Of a DNA stretch of 41,634 nt, positions 27,548-36,696 are shown one piece after another. Source of the DNA: an uncultured Methanosarcinales archaeon. GTDB taxonomy: Archaea > Nanobdellota > Nanobdellia > Woesearchaeales > CALCXY01. Position numbers and translations under genes: made by a program. Below the pieces are notes generated by a model, which searched no databases, had not been told where the DNA came from, and worked only from the letters and a program-made list of their open reading frames with translations. The stretch lies in NCBI GenBank assembly GCA_964385185.1, contig CAYLOA010000007.1:1-41634 (forward strand). The letters are read 5' to 3'. The stretch's first letter is position 1. Every line of letters begins with the position of its first letter.

Positions 27548-28261
27548 TCAACTATTTCCTAAAACTCTCTCTGCCATATCAATTTCCTTAACAGGCATCA
27601 CAACCTTCTCCAATTTTTTATCTTGAATAGCTTTCCAAATCTTCTCCCCAACATCTTTTGCCGTAGGAAACCTTTCCATAATAAACAAAACCCTTTCTTT
27701 CTCAACTAATTTCCGAACAAAGCCTTTACCAGAAAATTTCTCCTCAACAGCTTTTACCCTAAGAAGTAAATCATCATAACCTTCCAATGTAGAAATTTTC
27801 ACTTTACGTTTCAAATCCAACTCATCAATAATCTCATCAGTCATTTTACTTTCATGCATAAGAACACTTTTTATCATTTTCACATATCGTTCAGTTTTAT
27901 CAAAATCCTCTCCTTCTAACCTTTGCCCTCTACATTTATTGACCTCAGTTAAAATTTCATCAGCCGCATCTTTATGTTCAACTAAAATCCATAACGGAAA
28001 TAACCTACAATTCATAGGTCTACCTTTATAATTATCACACTTCAACCCTTTTCGAAAATTACAAGGTATACGTAAACCCAAATCGAATTCATAGACATCA
28101 TCTTCCTGCGTTTGAAACGGCACAATACCAACATGTTTTTCAAATAACTCTACAACACTCATTCCACTCTCAGAGCCCATCCGAATCAAGTCTCCAACAG
28201 TCACACCAATCTGTGTAGCAGGATTAACACAACACTCTCCACAATCAAAACATTGAAACAT
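27548..28261 (-). CDS. YkgJ-family (CxxCxxCC) cysteine-cluster protein
   Basis: FQCFDCGECC, PCNF...C..Y..RP..CRLFP. Confidence 0.85.
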   Translation of the reverse strand: MFQCFDCGECCVNPATQIGVTVGDLIRMGSESGMSVVELFEKHVGIVPFQTQEDDVYEFDLGLRIPCNFRKGLKCDNYKGRPMNCRLFPLWILVEHKDAADEILTEVNKCRGQRLEGEDFDKTERYVKMIKSVLMHESKMTDEIIDELDLKRKVKISTLEGYDDLLLRVKAVEEKFSGKGFVRKLVEKERVLFIMERFPTAKDVGEKIWKAIQDKKLEKVVMPVKEIDMAERVLGNS

Positions 28262-28304
28262 AACACAACAAAGCTTATTAACTTTTTAATGATTGTTGTA
28301 ATGA

Positions 28305-29483
28305 ATGAGATTCAACCCACTCCGTGATAAACAAGTTAAATTCTCTAACATTAAACAAAAACTCACGAAAAAAGACTTCTTTGGAGAAGCTCCTGCACCA
28401 TTTATCGGCAGATACAACTATCCAAATATTAACGTTGGCATACTCTCACCCGTAGACATCAAAGAAAACACTTGGGAATATGATGCACCAAGACATTGGT
28501 CTTCTCAAGATTATCAAATTCCCAACATCATAGACTTCAGGTCAGAATTAATCAACTCAAGATTTACTTCAAATGTAAAAGATGTAAATCTAGCACCAAA
28601 GATGCTTCAAATTACCCAAGAAGTAGGGATGGCCTCAAAACCAGTAGAAGTAGAAATAAACTTAGAGAAAAAGCCATTCTTCAGAGTAGACACAAATAAA
28701 TTCGTAGCTCCAACCGGTCCTAAAGGACATATAGAAAGGGCGAGAATAACATCCAACTCAAAAATTTCCTCAAAAGTAGAGTATGTAGTAAATGACTATG
28801 GCCTTAAAGCAAACGATGCAGCCATTAACCTCTACGAAAAAGGATTCGACGAACAAGTTGTCCAAAAACTACTATCAGTAGGGACCCTAGGAATAAAAAC
28901 ACAGAGAAAACTTGTTCCAACAAGATGGAGTATAACTGCTGCTGACGACACCATAGGAAAACACATCATAACAGAAATAAAAAAAAATAGCGAAGCAGAC
29001 TATCAAGCATACATGGGTGGTTATTTAGGAAACTATTACCTTATCATGTTCTTTCCAGAACCGTGGTCATATGAACTGTTCGAAACATATGCTAATGGAA
29101 TCCCAGAAAAAAATCCAGACTACACTACAGACTTTGAAGTCTATGAAGGAAGAAAATCATACGCAAAAGACACCGTTGGCGGTTATTACACTGTTAGATT
29201 AGCAATCTTAGAAAAATTAAAGCAAATGAAACGCCAAGCTACCGCAATTGCCTTAAGATTCATAACAAATGAATACACCCTCCCGCTAGGTGTCTGGGTA
29301 ACAAGAGAAGCAGCAAGAAGGGCCATGTCATCTAAACCCATCTCATTCTCTGACAAAACCTTAATGATAAAATACGCAGACCTCATAATAAAAAGAAAAT
29401 TCAATTACAACATTCACCATCTATTAAACAACTCATATCTATACAGAAAGCAAAAATACCAAAAGAAACTAAGCGCTTTCTAG
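28305..29483 (+). CDS. nreA: Nre family PCNA-interacting DNA repair protein
   Basis: FIGRYNYPNINVG, RKLVPTRWSITAADD, GGYY..RL, LGVWVTRE, C-terminal PIP QKKLSAF. Confidence 0.9.
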   Translation: MRFNPLRDKQVKFSNIKQKLTKKDFFGEAPAPFIGRYNYPNINVGILSPVDIKENTWEYDAPRHWSSQDYQIPNIIDFRSELINSRFTSNVKDVNLAPKMLQITQEVGMASKPVEVEINLEKKPFFRVDTNKFVAPTGPKGHIERARITSNSKISSKVEYVVNDYGLKANDAAINLYEKGFDEQVVQKLLSVGTLGIKTQRKLVPTRWSITAADDTIGKHIITEIKKNSEADYQAYMGGYLGNYYLIMFFPEPWSYELFETYANGIPEKNPDYTTDFEVYEGRKSYAKDTVGGYYTVRLAILEKLKQMKRQATAIALRFITNEYTLPLGVWVTREAARRAMSSKPISFSDKTLMIKYADLIIKRKFNYNIHHLLNNSYLYRKQKYQKKLSAF

Positions 29484-29529
29484 AAGTTAGGGCTTACAAA
29501 ATAACAAAAAACCTAAATTTAGGGCTTAC
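29484..29529. repeat. Left 46-bp paired-repeat site flanking fic
   Basis: AAGTTAGGGCTTACAAA-N17-TTTAGGGCTTAC. Confidence 0.85.
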
Positions 29530-29531
29530 TT

Positions 29532-29556
29532 AAAAATCGCCAAAAAGGCGATTTTT
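29532..29556. terminator. Hairpin between convergent nreA and fic, possible bidirectional terminator
   Basis: AAAAATCGCC-AAAAA-GGCGATTTTT followed by a T run. Confidence 0.6.
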
Positions 29557-29562
29557 TTTACA

Positions 29563-30483
29563 CTACCCCCACTTACTAAATATCTTCTCCCAAGTATACA
29601 TTAACTCATTGTAAAAGAACGCAACAATCTCATTATAGTCCTCACTAACTCCATCCAAATCAGCCTTATGCCCTCTATCCAAAGCTGCATAATAGTGTTT
29701 CCTTTTTTTCTCTTCGATGATCAAAAGAGGAAACCTCTCCCTTATCAATATCAAGTTACTCAACATCCTGCCAGTCCTACCATTACCGTCATAAAAAGGA
29801 TGAATTCTCTCAAATTTCTCATGAAATAAAGCACTTAAAACTAAGGGGTGTAATTTTTTCTTCCATTTTCTATACCATTTTAACAATATTTCCATGTCAG
29901 TCTGAACATATTTGCCAGGACTGGGTAAAAATTCAGCCCCGATAACTCTTACCCCTCTCGTTCTATAATCACCAGTTCGTTGATCAATTTTTTCCAAAAT
30001 ACCAGCATGTATTTGAACAATCACTTCATGCGTTATCTCAGGTTTCTCCTTTAACAGCCATTCAAATACTTCCTTGGCATTAATATGGTCATACACTTCT
30101 CTCAAGTCCTTCCCAGAAGGACTTTTCCCTCTATTCAACACCATGTCAGTCTGCTCAATAGTAAGAGTATTACCTTCTATTGTATTAGTATTGTAAATAT
30201 AAACTGTCTTAAAATCTCTAAACATATCTTCAATGAGTTTTTTATCTAAATGCTTCAATTTATCTGAAAATTCCTTCTTAATCTTTTGCAAATCCCTAAG
30301 TTCCTTTTTAGTAAGAAATTCAACAGATTGTTTATTCTTAATTATCTTATCTAATTCATTCTTAGTGAAAGGTCCTTTTCCCAAATAAGCAACAGTCTTA
30401 GTCTTCACATTACCATTATCCCTATAAGACTCTTTCAGATAGTAATACTCCTCATTATGTATCTTCTTTTTCTCAACATACAT
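29563..30483 (-). CDS. Fic family protein (class II-like) with N-terminal putative DNA-binding domain
   Basis: HPFYDGNGRTGR catalytic motif; TNTIEGN inhibitory motif; N-terminal YYYLKESYRDNGNVKTKTVAYLGK. Confidence 0.93.
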   Translation of the reverse strand: MYVEKKKIHNEEYYYLKESYRDNGNVKTKTVAYLGKGPFTKNELDKIIKNKQSVEFLTKKELRDLQKIKKEFSDKLKHLDKKLIEDMFRDFKTVYIYNTNTIEGNTLTIEQTDMVLNRGKSPSGKDLREVYDHINAKEVFEWLLKEKPEITHEVIVQIHAGILEKIDQRTGDYRTRGVRVIGAEFLPSPGKYVQTDMEILLKWYRKWKKKLHPLVLSALFHEKFERIHPFYDGNGRTGRMLSNLILIRERFPLLIIEEKKRKHYYAALDRGHKADLDGVSEDYNEIVAFFYNELMYTWEKIFSKWG

Positions 30484-30488
30484 AAGAA

Positions 30489-30534
30489 AAGTTAGGGCTT
30501 ACAAATATATAAATATATCGATTTTAGGGCTTAC
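30489..30534. repeat. Right 46-bp paired-repeat site enclosing the fic TATA box
   Basis: AAGTTAGGGCTTACAAA-N17-TTTAGGGCTTAC; spacer reads TTTATATA on the minus strand. Confidence 0.85.
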
Positions 30535-30551
30535 AATTCAATAACTAGAAT

Positions 30552-31304
30552 CTACTCCAAATACAACAAACCAATCATAACAGCTATTCCTAAAACCATA
30601 AAGAAAAACTGCTTCACTAATTTAGACATAGGATACACATCCTTCCTTAATTCTGGAATTAAATCACTCCCTGCAATATAAATAAATCCTCCAGCAGTAA
30701 AAGGTAATAATCCAGCAACAAATCCTCCACCTTGTAACAACAACACAATAACAGCTCCAATTACAGCAACTAAAGCACTCCCAAGATTAAACAATAATGC
30801 TTTACTACGAGAATAACCTGCATGTAGCAAAACTCCAAAGTCTCCAATCTCTTGAGGAATCTCGTGTAAAGCCACAGCAATAGTTGTTGCAACTCCAATC
30901 TGAGGACCTGCTAAAAAAGCTCCTGCAATAACCATACCATCAATAAGATTGTGTAATCCATCCCCAATAATATTCATAGTCCCGTGAGGGTGCGGATGAT
31001 CATCTGAAGTAGGGATATGACAATGTCTCCAGTGTATAAAATTCTCCAAGACATAAAACAACACTATCCCAGAGATCAAATATAATCCAAATTCCAATCC
31101 TGATCCAAGTTGAGAAATACCTTCTGGAATAAGATGAAAAATCGCCCCACCGAACAAACTCCCAGCAGAAAAACTCACCATAAAGACCAATACCTTACGA
31201 AGTCTATCTTTACTAAATCCAAGTGTAAAAACACCAATAAGAGAAAGTAAACTAACTGCAAGAACAGCAATGATAGTATTAATCCAAACTCCCATACTCA
31301 TCAA
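30552..31304 (-). CDS. ZIP family metal transporter
   Basis: HLIPE, His-rich loop, GDGLHNLIDG, HEIPQEIGDF. Confidence 0.95.
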   Translation of the reverse strand: MMSMGVWINTIIAVLAVSLLSLIGVFTLGFSKDRLRKVLVFMVSFSAGSLFGGAIFHLIPEGISQLGSGLEFGLYLISGIVLFYVLENFIHWRHCHIPTSDDHPHPHGTMNIIGDGLHNLIDGMVIAGAFLAGPQIGVATTIAVALHEIPQEIGDFGVLLHAGYSRSKALLFNLGSALVAVIGAVIVLLLQGGGFVAGLLPFTAGGFIYIAGSDLIPELRKDVYPMSKLVKQFFFMVLGIAVMIGLLYLE

Positions 31305-31346
31305 AGTCTCACCATCATTTAAAAAAGTATCGTATGGGAAAAAATA

Positions 31347-31430
31347 CTACTGGACGTTGCCCTTATTTTTCGGCTAATGGTCCGAAAAATAGAAGGGTAG
31401 GCTCACTGTGTGAGCCACCAAGTCCAGTAG
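31347..31430. other. Three-way-junction element containing the C-TGT-G hairpin, copy E3
   Basis: CTACTGGAC/GTCCAGTAG outer stem; TGCCCTT-ATTTTTCGG/CCGAAAAAT-AG-AAGGGTA arm; GGCTCAC-TGT-GTGAGCC arm with 16 nt identical to E2. Confidence 0.7.
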
Positions 31431-31495
31431 CAAGGCAAATTCTGTAACTACTCCAACACCACAATCAATAAAAACCACAAAATCAATATCTCTAT

Positions 31496-32242
31496 ATGGC
31501 AAACTTTTACCCATCACTACACAAATTAAGAGAAGCAATCTCTACATTACAAAAACACAGTATAGATTTAAACAAAGAATTAGACCGTTCTAAACAAGTA
31601 TATGATTTCAAAGCAAAACAAGAAATGGTATATAGAGATGCATTCACTTCTTCATTACAAAGACTAAAAGATGAATCAATCCATCTAAACGCACATATCA
31701 CCATCCCAAGTAACCAACCTATAATAAATGAAATGCTCCAATTAATGCCAGACATAGAAACAAAAGACTTAGAATCATTACAAAAAACGATAACAAAACT
31801 AGACCAATTATACAATAGATTAGACGTTCCAACAAAAACCAATTTCTCAACACCCCAATCCTTACCTACAGTTATTGAAGCAGAAATAAAAGCAGACTTA
31901 AACGAAATGGAGAAATGTTTTGCAAATAAATGCTTTAGATCTGCAGTTATCCTATGTGGAAGACTCATAGAAACGACTCTCCATTGGAAATATTATGACG
32001 CTACAGCATTCGACTTACTAGAAAAAAACCCAAACATGGGTCTAGGAAGTCTTATTGCAAAACTCAGAGAAAAAGACATCGAATTAGATCCAGCACTACA
32101 ACAACAAATACACTTAATCAACCAAGTAAGAATATTCTCAGTCCATAAAAAACAAGAAGCATTCCACCCAACAGAGGACCAAACACATGCAATAATCTTA
32201 TACACTGTCGATATTCTAAACAAACTATTCACAAAGCAATAA
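31496..32242 (+). CDS. Coiled-coil plus DUF4145/HEPN-like protein
   Basis: FRSAVILCGRLIE, LGSLI, R-x4-H motif RIFSVH. Confidence 0.7.
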   Translation: MANFYPSLHKLREAISTLQKHSIDLNKELDRSKQVYDFKAKQEMVYRDAFTSSLQRLKDESIHLNAHITIPSNQPIINEMLQLMPDIETKDLESLQKTITKLDQLYNRLDVPTKTNFSTPQSLPTVIEAEIKADLNEMEKCFANKCFRSAVILCGRLIETTLHWKYYDATAFDLLEKNPNMGLGSLIAKLREKDIELDPALQQQIHLINQVRIFSVHKKQEAFHPTEDQTHAIILYTVDILNKLFTKQ

Positions 32243-32293
32243 AACCTAGAATAAACAATAATTTTATAAAACCTTAATCTAAAAAGAACCATT

Positions 32294-33118
32294 ATGGTCA
32301 CAATCCAGCTAAATAATAAGGTATTTTACCTACTTCTAACCATATTACTAATAATTACAATTAGCTTAACTGTTTTTGCTCTTACCCCTCTTAATGGTCA
32401 TGATGTTTCTCAGATTGATTTTAACAGTCAAATTCCGAGTCTATCTGTTTCCGGAACAGCTGAGTTAGGTATCCTTCGCCTAGCAGACACAGGAAAAAAC
32501 AATATCTCCTGGGATATCCAAGAAGAATCTAATAATGACTTAACTTTCAAATACATGATGGAAAAAGTTAGAATTACTGCTATGGGCGATGTAGGCATTG
32601 GCACCATTCCCTCAGCAAAACTGCATGTAGCTGGAACTCTAAAAGTGGACGGAAATACTGACATTACAGGCAACCTTAATGTGGATGGAAATATAATATC
32701 AAAAGGACACGATATTACCAAGACCAAAGTAGCATATGCAAATGACCCGACAACAAGAGTGATAACTTCCGGAAACCCATCTGTGATTGACCCTAACTTA
32801 GTTGCAAGATTAGATGTAGATAAAGATGATTTGATACTAGTACAAGTCAGTCCTATCAATCTTTTACATACAGGAGGAGGCATTTGCTACATGAGAATAA
32901 TACATACTTCAGGTCCAGCCGAGATAGTAAATTCCCCTAGAGAAAGCGATTGGGTAACTTCAGGAGGAATTGGGTGGGGTAGTGGATCAACTTTAGCACT
33001 CTTTAAAGCAACAAACAGTGGAAATGTGGAATTTAAAACACAATGGCATGGAGGTGGTCCAGGCAAGTGTCAGACAGTTTACAGAGCTATGATTGCGTAT
33101 GTAATTGGAACGGCATAA
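32294..33118 (+). CDS. Membrane-anchored/secreted protein with VGIGT fibre-like motif
   Basis: N-terminal TM; GDVGIGTIPSAKLHVAG; beta-rich C-terminal domain. Confidence 0.7.
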   Translation: MVTIQLNNKVFYLLLTILLIITISLTVFALTPLNGHDVSQIDFNSQIPSLSVSGTAELGILRLADTGKNNISWDIQEESNNDLTFKYMMEKVRITAMGDVGIGTIPSAKLHVAGTLKVDGNTDITGNLNVDGNIISKGHDITKTKVAYANDPTTRVITSGNPSVIDPNLVARLDVDKDDLILVQVSPINLLHTGGGICYMRIIHTSGPAEIVNSPRESDWVTSGGIGWGSGSTLALFKATNSGNVEFKTQWHGGGPGKCQTVYRAMIAYVIGTA

Positions 33119-33171
33119 TCTTTTTCTATCAAGCCATAACCTTTAAATAACTCCCCCCTTCTCCAAACAGC

Positions 33172-34923
33172 ATGAACACCAAAGAATTAAAAAACCTATA
33201 CCTAGAATTCTTCAAATCCAAAGACCATGCCATAGTCCCATCAGCATCCCTCCTCCCAGAAAACGATCCAACAGTCCTATTCACAACTGCAGGCATGCAT
33301 CCCCTAGTTCCCTACTTAATGGGTCAACCACATCCAGAAGGAACAAGAATCGCAGATGTCCAAAAATGCATAAGAACAGTAGACATTGACGCAGTCGGAG
33401 ACCCACACCATCTAACATTCTTCGAAATGCTCGGAAACTGGTCACTAGGAGACTACTTCAAGGAAGACTCCATCAAATGGTCATATGAATTTCTAACAAA
33501 AAAAGACTTCCTAAACCTCCCAATAGAAAACCTTTCCTTCACGTGCTTCAAGGGCGATGAAAACGCTCCAAAAGACACCGAAGCAGAAGCTGTATGGCTC
33601 GAATTAGGTATCCCAAAAGAAAGAATCTACTTCCTCCCAGCTGAAGATAACTGGTGGGGTCCTGCAGGAGAAACTGGCCCTTGCGGTCCATGTTCAGAGA
33701 TATTCTACGACACAGGCAGACCACCATGCTCCAAAAACTGTGATCCATCCTGCTCATGCGGAAAGTTCTTTGAAATATGGAACAATGTTTTTATGGAATA
33801 CAACAAAAACAAAGATGGCTCATTCAAAAAACTAGACCAAAAAAACGTCGACACAGGTATGGGTGTAGAAAGAACAGTCGCAGTCCTAAACGGCTTAGAC
33901 TCTGTCTACAAAACAGACATCTTCACACCGCTACTAGAAAAAATCACCACACTCACAAAAACTCCGAATGATGAATCACCAAGAATCATAGCAGACCACG
34001 CTAGATTCGCAACATTCGTATTAGGAGATGATAGAAAAGTAATACCATCAAATGTTGACCAAGGCTACATCCTAAGACGATTAATCCGAAGAGCTGTCCG
34101 ACATGCCAAAAAACTCGGTCTACCCTCACCTTTCCTCGGACAGCTAGCAACAATAATCATCGACCAATACAAAGACGAATACAGTGAACTCCAAAGAAAC
34201 AAAGAGTTCATACTAGACGAACTAAAAAAAGAAGAAACAAGATTCTCCGAAACACTAGAAAAAGGACTAAGAGAGTTTGAAAAACTTGCAGGAGATAAAA
34301 AAATAGAAGCAAAAGAAGCTTTCCTATTATTTCAATCATACGGCTTTCCTATAGAAATGACTGTTGAATTGGCAAAAGAAAAAAACATCTTAGTAGATGA
34401 AAAAGGATTCCAGCAAGAATTCAAAGCACACCAAGCTCTCAGCAGAACAGGAGCTGAAAAACGGTTCAAAGGAGGCTTAGGAGATACCTCAGACGCTTCC
34501 ATTAAACTCCACACAGCAACTCACTTACTAAACGAAGCATTACGAATTGTCTTAAAAGATAACTCAATCAAACAAAAAGGATCAAATATAACTTCAGAAA
34601 GATTAAGATTTGACTTTAACTTCCCAAGAAGATTAACAGTAGAAGAGAAACAAGCTGTAGAAGATACTGTAAACAAACTCATCCAAGAAGCTATCCCAGT
34701 CGAACGCCTAGAAATGTCATTCGAAGAAGCTAAGAAACTAGGAGCTCAAATGGAGTTCGACACCTACCCAGATAAAGTCTCAGTCTACAAAATAGGAGAC
34801 TTCTCGCTAGAACTCTGCGGTGGACCACACGTAACCAACACAAAAGACATAGGCCATTTCAAGATAAAGAAAGAAGAATCCTCTGCAGCAGGAATAAGAA
34901 GAATAAAGGCGATAGTAGACTAA
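33172..34923 (+). CDS. alaS: Alanine--tRNA ligase, short form lacking the C-Ala domain
   Basis: LFTTAGM, HLTFFEMLGNWS, DTGMGVER, editing HTATH...CGGPH; ends at GIRRIKAIVD. Confidence 0.97.
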   Translation: MNTKELKNLYLEFFKSKDHAIVPSASLLPENDPTVLFTTAGMHPLVPYLMGQPHPEGTRIADVQKCIRTVDIDAVGDPHHLTFFEMLGNWSLGDYFKEDSIKWSYEFLTKKDFLNLPIENLSFTCFKGDENAPKDTEAEAVWLELGIPKERIYFLPAEDNWWGPAGETGPCGPCSEIFYDTGRPPCSKNCDPSCSCGKFFEIWNNVFMEYNKNKDGSFKKLDQKNVDTGMGVERTVAVLNGLDSVYKTDIFTPLLEKITTLTKTPNDESPRIIADHARFATFVLGDDRKVIPSNVDQGYILRRLIRRAVRHAKKLGLPSPFLGQLATIIIDQYKDEYSELQRNKEFILDELKKEETRFSETLEKGLREFEKLAGDKKIEAKEAFLLFQSYGFPIEMTVELAKEKNILVDEKGFQQEFKAHQALSRTGAEKRFKGGLGDTSDASIKLHTATHLLNEALRIVLKDNSIKQKGSNITSERLRFDFNFPRRLTVEEKQAVEDTVNKLIQEAIPVERLEMSFEEAKKLGAQMEFDTYPDKVSVYKIGDFSLELCGGPHVTNTKDIGHFKIKKEESSAAGIRRIKAIVD

Positions 34924-34924
34924 C

Positions 34925-35572
34925 ATGCCACTCCACATTGTCTCAACACCCATAGGAAATCTAGCAGACATAACTCATAGGGCTATTGCAATCTTAAAAG
35001 AAGCAGATTTAATTCTAGCAGAAGACACAAGAAGAACACTAACTCTATTGAATCATTACAAAATAAAAAATAAACTCCAATCATTTAACGATCACAATAA
35101 AGAAAGAACAACTCCCGCAATAATCGAACAATTAAAAGATCAAAATATAGCATTAGTCTCCGACGCAGGAACACCTTGTATCTCAGATCCAGGATTCTAC
35201 TTAGTAAGAGAAGCAATTAAACACGATATCTCTATACAATCCATCCCAGGACCCTCAGCTGCAATAGCAGCACTATCAATCTCAGGCCTCCCAACAGACA
35301 AATTCTTATTCCTAGGATTCATCCCAAAAAAGGGAAGAGAAAACTTCTTCCAAAACCTCCCAAATAAAACAACAGTCATTCTCTACGAATCTCCTCACAG
35401 AATTGAAAAGACTCTCACAATACTAAAAGAAACCCTGCCAGAGGCCCAACTATGCCTCGCAAGAGAACTCACCAAGAAGTTCGAAACAATAGTAAGGGGC
35501 ACACCAGAAGAAATCCTTAAACAAGCACCATTCAAAGGTGAAATAACGTTACTTATCCATAAAAAAGGGTAA
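34925..35572 (+). CDS. rsmI: 16S rRNA (cytidine1402-2'-O)-methyltransferase
   Basis: STPIGNLADIT, AEDTR, LVSDAGTPCISDPG, YESPHR, RELTKKFE. Confidence 0.93.
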   Translation: MPLHIVSTPIGNLADITHRAIAILKEADLILAEDTRRTLTLLNHYKIKNKLQSFNDHNKERTTPAIIEQLKDQNIALVSDAGTPCISDPGFYLVREAIKHDISIQSIPGPSAAIAALSISGLPTDKFLFLGFIPKKGRENFFQNLPNKTTVILYESPHRIEKTLTILKETLPEAQLCLARELTKKFETIVRGTPEEILKQAPFKGEITLLIHKKG

Positions 35573-35606
35573 TTTTATAAATACATTTTCTAAAATAGAG
35601 GTTTAA

Positions 35607-35662
35607 GGGGTGGTAAACGCAAGTATGTTGTTCTAGACATACTGATATGCTGTTTCTATCCT
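35607..35662 (+). promoter_or_regulatory. Structured 5' leader of the K+ channel operon
   Basis: GGGTGG/CTATCC, AAAC/GTTT, GCA/TGC and AGTATGT/ACATACT nested stems; TATA TTTTATAA at 35573-35580. Confidence 0.45.
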
Positions 35663-35670
35663 CTAAATGA

Positions 35671-36696
35671 ATGAAAGAACGGAAAGAACTAATCCGACAT
35701 TTGCATAGGAAGAAGTCCTTCTTCAGAGGTTTACCTAGTTTCAAATCTATTTTCACAGGGAAAAACATAATCATCTTAGCATTTCTCATCTTATTCATCT
35801 CTTCAGTAACTTTATACGCAAGATTTGAATTCGCTCCAGCAATCCAACAAACTAACAACATATACTTCGAAGCGTTTTACTGGATGGTCACAACAGCTAC
35901 CACAGTAGGATACGGTGACATCACACCACAAACTACCGAAGGTAAGATACTAGCCCTAGTAGTAATGGTCTTAGGAGTATCCATGCTAGGATATATCCTC
36001 TCACAGCTAACAAAGACATTAGTTTCAGCAAACATTGGAAGATTCTTCGGACTTTCAACCATCAAAGATTCCATCGACTATATCATCTGTGGCTGGAACG
36101 ATATTGCAAAAGCAGCCTTTGAAGAAGTAAACGACCTCAAAAGCAACATAATTATCATATCAGAAAATAGACCAGACGTCCAATTCTCCAAGAATGTCCA
36201 GTATATGGATGGAGACCCTCATGACAGAACCATATTAGAAAATGCAAACGCAGCAAAAGCAAAAAATATCCTCTTATGCATGAACAACGATTCAAAAATA
36301 CTTTTAGCTATCCACGTCATACGAGAATTAAATCCCTGGACAAATATCATTGCAAAAATGAATGATCCAAGCTATATCCCGATGGCAGAATCCGCTGGAG
36401 CAGACCAAACCATCGCTCCAGCAGCCTTAGCAGGAAGACTCCTTTCCATAGTTACCAATCAACCCTATGTAGTAAAATGGTTCTTGAAATCAACATCACT
36501 TTCCATGCATGAAAAGTTCGTAGAATACCCTGTCCATGACAAATCCCTATTCGTAGATAAAACAGTAGCAGATATCAGAAGAGATTCAAAACTAAAAATT
36601 ATAGGAGTAGAATCAGGTGACGGTTTTGAAAAAATACCTTCAGATACATACTCCATAAAATCAGGAGATAAATTGATTATGATGGTGAGCAGCTAA
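35671..36696 (+). CDS. MthK-like 2TM K+ channel with RCK (TrkA_N/TrkA_C) domain
   Basis: Selectivity filter TTVGYGD; IICGWN RCK start; GADQTIAP. Confidence 0.93.
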   Translation: MKERKELIRHLHRKKSFFRGLPSFKSIFTGKNIIILAFLILFISSVTLYARFEFAPAIQQTNNIYFEAFYWMVTTATTVGYGDITPQTTEGKILALVVMVLGVSMLGYILSQLTKTLVSANIGRFFGLSTIKDSIDYIICGWNDIAKAAFEEVNDLKSNIIIISENRPDVQFSKNVQYMDGDPHDRTILENANAAKAKNILLCMNNDSKILLAIHVIRELNPWTNIIAKMNDPSYIPMAESAGADQTIAPAALAGRLLSIVTNQPYVVKWFLKSTSLSMHEKFVEYPVHDKSLFVDKTVADIRRDSKLKIIGVESGDGFEKIPSDTYSIKSGDKLIMMVSS

